64,000 nt of DNA from Lytechinus pictus (taxonomy: Eukaryota), in assembly GCF_037042905.1 (NCBI RefSeq), contig NC_087245.1, forward strand, positions 36,458,001 to 36,522,000. Direction: 5' to 3'. Below, piece by piece: positions 23,630 to 34,400 of this stretch (its first letter is position 1; each line of letters begins with the position of its first letter). Both the position numbers and the translations under genes were made by a program. A model generated the notes under the pieces. The model ran no database searches, was not told the DNA's origin, and was given only the letters and a program-made list of their open reading frames with translations.

Positions 23630-25748
23630 CACACCAGTGAACACTGGGCACCGTCTACCAAACCCCTGTCCATCTGAGATGACTTCATAGCTGCTTTCTT
23701 ACATTCAATCCCGGTTAGGGAACGAATTTAAGCAGTCTTCACCATGTTTTCTTCAGTATTTCTGACATTCAATCCCGGATAGGGAACGAATTTAAGCAGT
23801 CTTCACCACGTTTGCTTCGATGTTTCTTCAATTCTTCGACAGCATGGAACCTCTTGACTCTTACCCCCCCCCCCCCTCTCTCATCCTTCCAAGTTATTCA
23901 TGCACACATACAATTATTAATAACTTGTATTTTGGTAGTGTATTAATTCTTATAAAGTTATTTCTAAATACTTAACCAGAACATTTACATGGTTCTAATG
24001 CAAGGAGTTAGAATGGTTGGAATGTTAAGTTTTATGTCTTGTTATGGACCAGGTTGAACATAGGAAGTTGTTGGTATAAAAAGGACTTTGTTAGTCTAAT
24101 ATTTGGGAGATAAAATCTCGAGGCCAGATATTACTAGGAGTTAGTGGCAGGAAATAGGCCGGGGTGGAGAGACCTTGGAATGGCCATTGAAGTGGCGCGA
24201 TGGGTTGGAAACAGGAAAGTTTAGGATTATGTTATAGTTAGGAGAAAAGGTTTGATATCTAGATGCAGGCATTAGATATGTTAAGCAAAGTGATGGTGTA
24301 GAAACAAAGACACCTTTATACCAACTTGGAATGTTGTTCGGAAGACCGTAGAGAATATAGAATAGGCCTACTCGCAGCAAGGTTATGGAAATGATGAAGT
24401 TAGATGGAAATATTTACAAAGTTCACACTTTTACTGAACACAAATCAAACAGACTATGTTGTAGAATTTAAGATAGTTTATTCGAAGAGTGACGAAGCAG
24501 AAATTTCTCGTCATTTATTTACAGCGTAGGTTTATTAAATGTTCGGTGAACATTTAATTATTTTTATTAAGACGTCAGCCATGTAACCTAGGACGGTGAA
24601 CATTTAATTATTTGTATTAAGACGTCAGCCATGTAACCTAGGACTTAGTTTTAAGCATGTAAATATGTCAATTACTGTATAGAAACATCTGATAAAAATG
24701 CCACTTTTACTATTCATGAATTTACAAGAGTTTGAATTGTTAAAGTTATTGTTGTTAATAAATGTTTTACATCGGGTATAACTCGACTTGATGGTTTCCA
24801 AATGAGAAATTACTTAGACCTGGTTTAGTTGCACGAATGTCTGATTAGATCGAGTAGTGACCAGTGGTCGTTGATGTGAATCATGGAATTGTAGTAAATA
24901 GTCTTAAGTCTTAGTAATTTATAGATAGAGTGTTCGTATATTTCGAACAAACGTCCCCGTCATCGACCCTCGACTTAATTACCATGCTATCCGTGAGACA
25001 GAATGTCGTTAGAGAGAAGTCTGAATGAACATGATGTATGCTGGGCATCTGTGGTTTGCTACTGGAAATGTTCTTGGATGGCCGATTGATGTGCTTGTTG
25101 TGTGCTCGAGATTGTTATGAGTGATTGAAGTGCTGTTGTTGTATTGACCGAAGTTACAACGAGCGACCACTGTGCATGTGCAAATGGCTAATCAATGTGC
25201 ACATCGTAACATGTGTCAACTCTTTGTAATTTGGTTGTGTGTACAATGTTGTGTGCATACTGAACATGTGAATGTTCGAAGTGAGTGAAGTAGATTGATT
25301 GATTGTTGAGCTTGACCAGTCATGAATAGTTTAGCTAATTAGTAGGGATGATCAGTTGACTATTACAGTTGACTTACCAGATAAATTCTTGATTGTTGTG
25401 ATGCTGGTCTTGGGAACGAGAGTGGAGAAGGAGTCAAATGTTTGGTCAGTCAGCTGAACTTGGGTCTCCGGTCGTGTATGCATGATTGTGGAGTGCAGAG
25501 CTTATGTGTGTAATGTCGTGCACGTGCGACTGATTGAGGAGATCGAGCATGAGTCATGCCCTTCCCAGTCCTCACCCCCCCCCCCCCCCCTTGTCTACCC
25601 AGTATGAGTCCCAGCTATTGTTACGTCATGTTAGATTTCTGTATAGGTTGTCTGGATTTCCCCGGAACAACCAAGGGCTCATACCCCTAGAAAAGTATGT
25701 GGTGGCAGCATTTTACCTTTTGTTAGGAGGGTCTCACGTTACATTTTC

Positions 25749-25767
25749 TGGTGGCAGCGGTGGGATT
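25749..25767 (+). promoter_or_regulatory. Primer-binding site, tRNA-Leu
   Basis: TGGTGGCAGCGGTGGGATT, 5 nt after the LTR; complement of the ...AAUCCCACCGCUGCCACCA end of tRNA-Leu(AAG)-type tRNAs (recall). Confidence 0.88.
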
Positions 25768-26366
25768 AAGCTCTATCTGTTATCAAACATTATTTATAGT
25801 AATTAAGCTAAAGAAGGATTGTGTACTTGAAGTAAAAGTTGATTATTTGTCAGAATTTGTTTTGAAATCAGAATTTATCTGAGGAAGTTGTTGATAAGAA
25901 TGAGTTTGCTTGGTATGGAGTAAAGGAAGTTGGAATTTTGAAGCTGATGTTATGGGTCTGAATTGACAAGGTTAGAGTTGCTACTTGGAAAACAGTAAGA
26001 GTCTGTTTGTCTGGAGTTAGTAGAGTTGAGTGTCTGAAGTCAAGTTTGGTCTTGTAAATCAGTTCAAGTGGATATGTGCTTCATAAACCAGGCATAAGTT
26101 AAAAAAAAAAAAAAAAAAAATCTTAGAGTAAGAGTGGCATCTTTCGTAGTAGGAAATAACTTAGTTAATTCATAACGAAATGTATTTTAAGTAGTAACGT
26201 TGATAACAATTAAACTCGAAAGAGTAATCAAACATTTGTAAGAGGTACCCTTGTTAAAAAAAAATTATTGTTAATTCAAAAATTAAACAAACACAAATGT
26301 GTAACAAAAGCTTCCTGGCAATTTTTCTGAATTCAAAAGAAACTGAACAAAAATTGCAAGCTTAGA

Positions 26367-27386
26367 ATGGAAGGTGAGCAAGAAAACATTACTGGTGGTG
26401 GTGATAGGTCACACTGGACGGTGGTCAGTGACGATCCAGAAATCGCAGTAGGAGAATCAGGAGATGTTCAGCAGAATTCTGGACACGTTTACACGCCACA
26501 AGGATTCAGAGATAACCCTCTTTACGTTCAGAGCACACAAACCACTGAAGTGAAGCAGAATGAATCAGGATTCCGTAAAGATGTCTTGCCGGAGAAATTT
26601 GGTGGAAAGACGCCATGGGGTGATTACAAGCGTCATTTCGAGGTTTGCATGAACTTGAATCGATGGTCTGACTATGAAGCAGGGCAATTTCTGGCAACAA
26701 GGCTTCAAGGTTCTGCGTTGAAGATCCTGAATAATTTCCCTGCTGGAAGGCGCATCTCATACCGAGAACTTGTATCACAGCTGGAGAGTAGATTTGGTCC
26801 TGGAGAACAAGCAGAAAATTTCCTCCTGGAGTTACGTGTGCGACGTAGACACAAGGATGAGACGCTTCAGGAACTTGGGCAGGCAATCAGAGACCTGACG
26901 TGTTTGGCCTACCCAGAGCTAAGCAGTGAAGCTCGACAGCGACTGGCAAGGGGACATTTCTCCGATGCGATTGACGACCCGGAGATTAGGGCTGGAATTT
27001 TCAGGGCCCATCCACAGACGCTTGATGACGCCATCCAAGCTGGTCTTGCAACAGAGTCATTCCTTAGGGCCGAGAAATCAAGAGATCGAAATAGACTTCC
27101 CCGTCACGTCCGTGCAGTGGATTCTGTTCAACCAGTACCTATGGACGAGAAAACAAGAAAGGAAATTGAGGAGTTGAAGATGAACATGAAACGGCTAAGT
27201 ACATTGATTGAGGATATGGCTATCAATCACCAACCAAACAGAAACTATAAAGCGTGTTTCAACTGCAATCAAGTGGGACATTTTGCAAGGGAGTGCCCAC
27301 AGACCAATGCAAGACAGGGAAACGACAGCCGGTCTTTCCGAGGGGCCACGGCCAGGCCGAGTTTCAGACAGGGTCCACGAGTTTAA
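26367..27386 (+). CDS. Gag, 339 aa
   Basis: PEKFGGKTPWGDYKRHFE capsid-like start; CFNCNQVGHFAREC knuckle. Confidence 0.93.
   Translation: MEGEQENITGGGDRSHWTVVSDDPEIAVGESGDVQQNSGHVYTPQGFRDNPLYVQSTQTTEVKQNESGFRKDVLPEKFGGKTPWGDYKRHFEVCMNLNRWSDYEAGQFLATRLQGSALKILNNFPAGRRISYRELVSQLESRFGPGEQAENFLLELRVRRRHKDETLQELGQAIRDLTCLAYPELSSEARQRLARGHFSDAIDDPEIRAGIFRAHPQTLDDAIQAGLATESFLRAEKSRDRNRLPRHVRAVDSVQPVPMDEKTRKEIEELKMNMKRLSTLIEDMAINHQPNRNYKACFNCNQVGHFARECPQTNARQGNDSRSFRGATARPSFRQGPRV
27317..27323 (+). promoter_or_regulatory. -1 ribosomal frameshift slippery heptamer
   Basis: G_GGA_AAC in the gag frame inside the gag/pol overlap; pol is in the -1 frame; GC-rich sequence follows. Confidence 0.85.
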
Positions 27387-29317
27387 GCTCACACAAGAAT
27401 CAGCATACAGTTATTTGCACCATTACCGAGACTGATCAGAGTATGTTTGTGACAGGAGTTGTTAAGAATGAAACATTGCTGCTATTAATCGACACTGGGT
27501 CAACAGTTACTATACTATCTAACAAGGCATATTGCAAAATGAAGGAATTCAATATGCTAGATGATGTGAATGTAAAATTGTTGCAAGCTGACGGGACACC
27601 CATTGAAGTATTTGGAAAAGCATGGATCATAATCACGATTGGGACACTATCTCATAGGATGGAGGCTGTTATAGCAGATATCAAACATGATGGCATCCTG
27701 GGATTGGATTTTCTGAGTAGTAGGAGGGTGAAAATCGACTGTGAACAAAATCATATCAGCATCGATGGTGAAATCATCCCATGTGAGGACCGCACAGGAG
27801 GAAGACTTGAACTTCCACTTCAAACAGCAGCTGTCACTCAATCTACTACTGAAGTACCAGACCATTTGATAGATGTCTACAATAGTACCAAACTCAGCAT
27901 TGATGAGGAGTACTACCATGATGTCGCTAATTTGTTGTCAGAATTTAGTGATGGATTCTCTAAGGGTGATCATGATATTGGACGTACTGACAGGGTCAAA
28001 CATAGCATCCACACCACAAGCACTGGACCAATCCGGCAGAGACCGAGACGCCATCCCATGGGACAAAGAGAAGAGGTTGAGAAACAAATTCAAGACATGC
28101 TTGCACGGGGTATTATCAAACCCTCGAATAGTGCCTGGTCTTCTCCAATTGTATTAGTGGACAAGAAAGATGGAACCAAGCGATTCTGCGTTGATTATAG
28201 ACTGCTAAACAAGTACACAGCAAAAGACTCATTTCCACTGCCCAGTATTGCTGAATCATTGGATTCACTTGATGGTGCAAAATATTTTTGCACGCTGGAT
28301 CTAGCATCTGGATACTGGCAAGTTCCCCTAGACGATGATGCCAAGGCAAAATCAGCATTCGTGGTACCAGGAGGGCTGTATGAATTTGAAGTCATGCCAT
28401 TTGGACTTTGCAATGCACCATCCACCTTCGAGAGATTAATGGAAAATGTCTTAACAGGATTGCAATGGAAAATACTTTTGATCTATCTCGATGACGTCAT
28501 AGTGTATGGTCCATCGGTACCGGAGATGATTAACAGACTGAAGACTACCCTTCAACGGCTGCGGGAAGCAAATCTAAAACTCAAACCAAAGAAGTGTCAC
28601 CTATTTCAGAAGGAGGTGCTATACCTAGGTCATGTGGTGTCTGAACACGGAGTTAGTACAGATCCCGCTAAGATTGAAGTCGTTTCAAGCTGGCCTACAC
28701 CTACCAACCCAACTGATGTAAGGAGCTTCTTGGGCCTTGCCTCATACTATAGGAGGTTCATTAAGAAATTTGCTGATGTTGCCAAGCCACTGACTGCTCT
28801 CACTCAGAAAGATCACCAATTCGTCTGGACGGAGGAGTGTGAATCTGCATTTAACACACTGAAGGAAAGACTTACTACAGCACCCATACTAACTTACCCC
28901 AGGTTAGATGCAGAGTTCCTGTTAGACACTGATGCAAGCAAGTATGGAATGGGAGCTGTACTCTCACAAGAGAAAGATGACAAGGAATTAGTGGTAGCAT
29001 ATGCAAGCAGGACTCTAAACAGGGCAGAGCAAAACTACTGCGTGACCAGACGGGAGTTACTTGCTGTTGTCACATTTCTGAAGCATTTCAGACATTATTT
29101 GTATGGACAGAAAGTAACAGTGCGCACTGATCATGGAGCTCTTAGATGGTTAATGGATTTCAAAAATCCAGAAGGTCAATTAGCAAGATGGTTAGAGGTC
29201 ATCAGCCAATATAGACTTACCTTAGTTCATCGTGCTGGACGGGTACACATGAATGCAGATGGATTGTCTCGGCGTCCCTGTTCCCAGTGTGGTAGACTAG
29301 AAGATATCTGCAAGTAG
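27323..29317 (+). CDS. Pol (protease, RT, RNase H) entered by frameshift; ends before integrase
   Basis: LIDTGS; RFCVDYR, LDLASGYWQ, MPFGL, YLDD; DTDAS...RRE...RTDH...NADGLSR; TAG at 29315-29317. Confidence 0.93.
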   Translation, partial: RQPVFPRGHGQAEFQTGSTSLSSHKNQHTVICTITETDQSMFVTGVVKNETLLLLIDTGSTVTILSNKAYCKMKEFNMLDDVNVKLLQADGTPIEVFGKAWIIITIGTLSHRMEAVIADIKHDGILGLDFLSSRRVKIDCEQNHISIDGEIIPCEDRTGGRLELPLQTAAVTQSTTEVPDHLIDVYNSTKLSIDEEYYHDVANLLSEFSDGFSKGDHDIGRTDRVKHSIHTTSTGPIRQRPRRHPMGQREEVEKQIQDMLARGIIKPSNSAWSSPIVLVDKKDGTKRFCVDYRLLNKYTAKDSFPLPSIAESLDSLDGAKYFCTLDLASGYWQVPLDDDAKAKSAFVVPGGLYEFEVMPFGLCNAPSTFERLMENVLTGLQWKILLIYLDDVIVYGPSVPEMINRLKTTLQRLREANLKLKPKKCHLFQKEVLYLGHVVSEHGVSTDPAKIEVVSSWPTPTNPTDVRSFLGLASYYRRFIKKFADVAKPLTALTQKDHQFVWTEECESAFNTLKERLTTAPILTYPRLDAEFLLDTDASKYGMGAVLSQEKDDKELVVAYASRTLNRAEQNYCVTRRELLAVVTFLKHFRHYLYGQKVTVRTDHGALRWLMDFKNPEGQLARWLEVISQYRLTLVHRAGRVHMNADGLSRRPCSQCGRLEDICK

Positions 29318-29429
29318 AGATATATTGTAAATAAGCATTTTGTTTTAGGAGTTAATTACATATGTACATATTGTGTTATTTTGATTACTATAGAAACTGA
29401 TGGATAGCTGAATTAGTCAAACTATAGTC

Positions 29430-30455
29430 ATGGATGTTGAAAATGAGATAGTGGAGAAAGTTCAGGCAATCAGCCTTTCACCCGGCATAAGCAATGCTGA
29501 AATTAAGAGAGCACAACTTCAAGATGTTGATCTGAAACATATACTACGGTGGAAACAAGAAGCAAGACAGAAGCCTGAGTGGAAAGATGTGTCCAGTTTG
29601 TCATCAGCTACAAAGTCGTACTGGGTCAATTGGGACTTATTGACCATTCGGGATGATATCCTCATGAGGAGATGGGAATCTAATGATGGGAAAGAGGTCA
29701 ACTGGAAAGTAGTTTTACCCCATTCACTTCGTCAACTGGTGCTCCAGGAATTGCACAGCTCCAAGACAGCATGTCACCTGGGAGTAAATAAGCTATTGCA
29801 CAAAGTACAACAAAGATATTACTGGGTGGGATTAGCAGCTGATGTCAGGTCATTTGTGCGCAAGTGTGTAGTCTGCTCTAAGCTGAAAAATCCACCCAAG
29901 AAATCAAGAGCCCCATTACAAAAGTACAGAGTAGGAGCCACTTTGGAGAGGGTAGCGATGGACATTTTAGGCCCCTTACCAGTAACTGACAGAGGAAATC
30001 GGTACGTCTTGGTAATTGGTGATTATTTCACCAAATGGATAGAGTCGTACCCAATTCCGGATCAAGAAGCTAGGACAGTGGCAAGGATTGTAGTGGAAGA
30101 ATTCATCTGTCGATATGGCATTCCAAAAGAATTACACACAGACCAAGGGAGGAATTTTGAGTCTAATGTTATGACAGAAGTTTGTAAGATGATGGGCATA
30201 AAGAAAACTAGGACATGCCCGCTTCATCCCAGGAGTGATGGATATATAGAAAGATTCAATAGAACGCTAGTTACCATGGTATCTTCCATTCTAGATCCTG
30301 ACCGCCACCAGAGAGACTGGGATGAGCAGATTCCATATGCGATGTTGGCTTATAGATCAGCAGTCCAAGAATCCACAGATGACTTATTTGTACTGCCACA
30401 TCTGCAAGAAGAGCATCAAAGGTTACAAGTATGGACAGCATATGCAGGAACATGA
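29430..30455 (+). CDS. Integrase in a separate ORF, C-terminally truncated
   Basis: LHSSKTACHLG...CVVC zinc motif; AMDILGP, LHTDQGRNFE, GYIERFNRTL catalytic core; homology ends at AYRSAVQEST (about 30378). Confidence 0.9.
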   Translation: MDVENEIVEKVQAISLSPGISNAEIKRAQLQDVDLKHILRWKQEARQKPEWKDVSSLSSATKSYWVNWDLLTIRDDILMRRWESNDGKEVNWKVVLPHSLRQLVLQELHSSKTACHLGVNKLLHKVQQRYYWVGLAADVRSFVRKCVVCSKLKNPPKKSRAPLQKYRVGATLERVAMDILGPLPVTDRGNRYVLVIGDYFTKWIESYPIPDQEARTVARIVVEEFICRYGIPKELHTDQGRNFESNVMTEVCKMMGIKKTRTCPLHPRSDGYIERFNRTLVTMVSSILDPDRHQRDWDEQIPYAMLAYRSAVQESTDDLFVLPHLQEEHQRLQVWTAYAGT

Positions 30456-31266
30456 GGCCACTATGACGCTCCAGTGTACATACTGTTCATACGAAACTGA
30501 GGGGAGATCCGAGATGACGAGGCACTTTGGAAGAATGCATAACAGCAGAAAACAGGAGGCTAAATACATTAACTACACGGCGGCGACAAATGAACATCTA
30601 AGTAGGAAACGTGAAGGGGAGAGGAAAAGAAGGGACAAAGAGGAAGAAAGGAAGACAGAAAGGGAGAGTAAGGACAGGAAGGAAAGAAAGCGTGAAGTAG
30701 AAGAGGAAGAAAGGAAGACAGAAAGGGAGAGTAAGGACAGGAAGGAAAGAAAGCGTGAAATAGAGGAAGAAAGGAAGACAGAAAGGAAGGAAAGAAAGCA
30801 TGAAGGAGAGGAAGAAAGGAAGACAGAAAGGGAAAGTAAGGACAGGAGGGAAAGTAAGGACAGGAAGGAAAAGAAAGACAGGGAGGACATTAAGAAAGAG
30901 AAAGAGGACAGGAAGGAGAAGCTTGAGGAGGAGCAGCCTGAGGAGGAAGACAGAAGAACCCAGTCAGGGGAGGCAGAGGTAGACAGTAGAGATACACTTG
31001 ACCTCCATCCTGATGAGAGCTCGGAGGAAGAGTCTGGGGATGAAGAATCCGAGGAGGAGGAAGAGGACTCCATGTCACGAAAAAGGGAACTAACTGTAAC
31101 CACTGAGGAGGAAATAGACGTAAATTTGAAAGTGAAAAAGCCAAGGTTAGGTTACATCCAAGTGAACAGAGTGGAGGTGTATACAACCACTTTCATAACG
31201 GCATATGGAGAGAAGCGAGTGCATGAGGAGAAGAAGACCATATATTATTTTAATGAACAGAAGTAG
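30379..31266 (+). CDS. Accessory ORF3: 295-aa protein with two C2H2 zinc fingers and charged, acidic and basic tracts
   Basis: CHICKKSIKGYKYGQHMQEH and CTYCSYETEGRSEMTRHFGRMH; ERKTERESKDRKERK repeats; acidic tract ESSEEESGDEESEEEEED; KVKKPR; lies between integrase and PPT. Confidence 0.8.
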   Translation: MTYLYCHICKKSIKGYKYGQHMQEHEATMTLQCTYCSYETEGRSEMTRHFGRMHNSRKQEAKYINYTAATNEHLSRKREGERKRRDKEEERKTERESKDRKERKREVEEEERKTERESKDRKERKREIEEERKTERKERKHEGEEERKTERESKDRRESKDRKEKKDREDIKKEKEDRKEKLEEEQPEEEDRRTQSGEAEVDSRDTLDLHPDESSEEESGDEESEEEEEDSMSRKRELTVTTEEEIDVNLKVKKPRLGYIQVNRVEVYTTTFITAYGEKRVHEEKKTIYYFNEQK

Positions 31267-31450
31267 TTTAATGATGTGATCATCTTAATTTTGTATATAC
31301 ATGTGAATTACAGTATACTATAAGATGGTTTGTTGAAGAAGTGATAAATGATTCTGAGATCTGAATGTTTTAAGAAAATAATTTGATTGAATCTGTTAAA
31401 ATTGTATATTTTCAATAGTGTTTTAAATTGAATCGCTGGGACAGCGATTT

Positions 31451-31466
31451 AGTAAGAGGGGGGCAG
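31451..31466 (+). promoter_or_regulatory. Polypurine tract of element B, preceded by a hairpin
   Basis: agtaagagggggcag-type purine run next to the 3' LTR; aatcgctg-gga-cagcgatt at 31431-31449. Confidence 0.85.
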
Positions 31467-34400
31467 TGTGAAGAAATACCCCCAAAATTTTTCAAAATTC
31501 TCTTTTAATATTTTCTATTTAGATCTGTGCTTACTTTCAGCCAGAATTAATTATCCAAAATCTATCCAAAATTCCACTTTAATACAACGCCACCACTCAC
31601 AGCTGTTGTTTGTTTTGAATCTTGAATGAACGTAGTAAAATCAGCTGAGTGTGTTTACTACAGCAGTCAATGAGCATAGTAACGGAGGCAGATTGTGCTA
31701 TTTTTAGAACCACAGCAATACATAGGATTTAGTACGTGGGACAAGGTTAGGTTAATGGCGTGCACGGTGATGCACGGAGCGAGTTTTCTCGATAAATTGT
31801 CACTTACCTTGTAAATGTCTTTTAGGTGAGGAGCTTGATGCTCTATTTTTCCCTTTTATGATAAAATGATGTCTTTAATGATCCTATTTTAGTCACTAGA
31901 AGTGATTATTCCCTACCGGAAATGGTACATTCTGTATTTCGTCTTTCGCGGGTGATGACGTCACAAACTTTTGGCCAATCACGTAAGCGGGCAAATCAAG
32001 TTTTTGTCAGGCGATAGGGGCCCGATGGCTAGGGGTATAAAAGGGGCAGAGGGTGAAAATTTCTTCACTTTGCATCTTTGAGAGTATTTGTCTAGAGAGA
32101 ACTCCAAGCCAGTCTTCCAGTTGAAAGTACTTGTAAGCGTTTGACCTTAGCAAGAATCGTGAGTGGAATATTTCTTTAAACTTCTTAAGGTTATATAATA
32201 TCCCCCCCCCCCCCTTTTCTATAAAAAGGAATTTCTAATTAAATTTGTGAGAACTGGAATTTCGAAGTTCTTTATAGAAATTTTAGGCTTGATGCCCGAT
32301 CGATGAGATGAATATTTTTATGTCTGCCCTTAACGTTGGTCTTACTCTTAGAGATATTACTTGATTGCTGATTTTATTTTGTATGTGGTACACAACAGAA
32401 TTTAAGGAGAGTTTTGTTTTGTTTTTCCCTCTTTCTCAATTGATAAACGCAGAAGTATGAAACATCGTAACGTTAAGGAAATTGGGGTAACTTAGGGACA
32501 AAAGTGCAAGGGTACCTCGTAGTTATGTAGTCTTTAGTTTGAGTTTGTTTTGTACCTCGTAGTTGCCTATAAATCTAGGCTTAAGTCTTTTACGTCTTGA
32601 CAGATGAATATTTAGATGTTATTTCATGATGTGTCTATGGAAATGTTGTAGGCCTAGACTGTTTTAAGTCAGAGAATGTGGATGTAGGCCTAGATTTTAT
32701 TGTATTGTGCATGGAAGAATATGAATTCCCCCCCCCCCCCTTCCTTCGACGAAGTTGGCTGGCGTTGTACAGAGAGGTCGAGGGCAGCTCGAACTCAGTA
32801 CGGTAGATTGACGGCGGCAGAAATGAGAGGTTCGACAAGTGACAATCCTGAGTAAGGAACGTCATCGTGCACCGGTACTCTCAGTACTCTGTACTTCTCA
32901 TCGTGCATCGCGTACTCTCAGTACTCTGTACTTCTCATCGTGCACCGGTACTCTCAGTACTCTGTACTTCTCATCGTGCACCGGTACTCTCAGTACTCTG
33001 TACTTGTCATCGTGCATCGCGTACTCTCGGTACTCTGTACTTCTCATCGTGCACCGGTACTCTAGTCTCAGTACTCTGTACTTCTCATCGTGCATCGCGT
33101 ACTCAGTACTCCACACCAGTGAACACTGGGCACCGTCTACCAAACCCCTGTCCATCTGAGATGACTTCATAGCTGCTTTCTTACATTCAATCCCGGTTAG
33201 GGAACGAATTTAAGCAGTCTTCACCATGTTTTCTTCAGTATTTCTGACATTCAATCCCGGATAGGGAACGAATTTAAGCAGTCTTCACCACGTTTGCTTC
33301 GATGTTTCTTCAATTCTTCGACAGCATGGAACCTCTTGACTCTTACCCCCCCCCCCCCCCCTCTCTCATCCTTCCAAGTTATTCATGCACACATACAATT
33401 ATTAATAACTTGTATTTTGGTAGTGTATTAATTCTTATAAAGTTATTTCTAAATACTTAACCAGAACATTTACATGGTTCTAATGCAAGGAGTTAGAATG
33501 GTTGGAATGTTAAGTTTTATGTCTTGTTATGGACCAGGTTGAACATAGGAAGTTGTTGGTATAAAAAGGACTTTGTTAGTCTAATATTTGGGAGATAAAA
33601 TCTCGAGGCCAGATATTACTAGGAGTTAGTGGCAGGAAATAGGCCGGGGTGGAGAGACCTTGGAATGGCCATTGAAGTGGCGCGATGGGTTGGAAACAGG
33701 AAAGTTTAGGATTATGTTATAGTTAGGAGAAAAGGTTTGATATCTAGATGCAGGCATTAGATATGTTAAGCAAAGTGATGGTGTAGAAACAAAGACACCT
33801 TTATACCAACTTGGAATGTTGTTCGGAAGACCGTAGAGAATATAGAATAGGCCTACTCGCAGCAAGGTTATGGAAATGATGAAGTTAGATGGAAATATTT
33901 ACAAAGTTCACACTTTTACTGAACACAAATCAAACAGACTATGTTGTAGAATTTAAGATAGTTTATTCGAAGAGTGACGAAGCAGAAATTTCTCGTCATT
34001 TATTTACAGCGTAGGTTTATTAAATGTTCGGTGAACATTTAATTATTTTTATTAAGACGTCAGCCATGTAACCTAGGACGGTGAACATTTAATTATTTGT
34101 ATTAAGACGTCAGCCATGTAACCTAGGACTTAGTTTTAAGCATGTAAATATGTCAATTACTGTATAGAAACATCTGATAAAAATGCCACTTTTACTATTC
34201 ATGAATTTACAAGAGTTTGAATTGTTAAAGTTATTGTTGTTAATAAATGTTTTACATCGGGTATAACTCGACTTGATGGTTTCCAAATGAGAAATTACTT
34301 AGACCTGGTTTAGTTGCACGAATGTCTGATTAGATCGAGTAGTGACCAGTGGTCGTTGATGTGAATCATGGAATTGTAGTAAATAGTCTTAAGTCTTAGT

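Larger units (their letters stand above)
21989..25743 (+). repeat. 5' LTR of element B (3755 bp)
   Basis: tgtgaagaaatacc...gtctcacgttaca; matches the 3' copy apart from four poly-C run lengths. Confidence 0.96.

Noticed and set aside
23357..23690. ORFs over the LTR array (and copies at 32839-33172)
   Set aside because: Open because of the repeat; no recognisable domain.
29291..29429. Simple in-frame intron rejoining RNase H and integrase
   Set aside because: The acceptor at 29393 leads to stops in all three frames; the one in-frame pair I found (29292 to 29427) has weak sites, so it is not called.
30322..30378. First 19 aa of the 314-aa ORF
   Set aside because: Alternative-frame read of integrase sequence; the zinc-finger protein most plausibly starts at 30379.
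30573..31103. Minus-strand S/L/F-rich 176-aa ORF as a membrane or Env protein
   Set aside because: Antisense shadow of the purine-rich repeats in ORF3.
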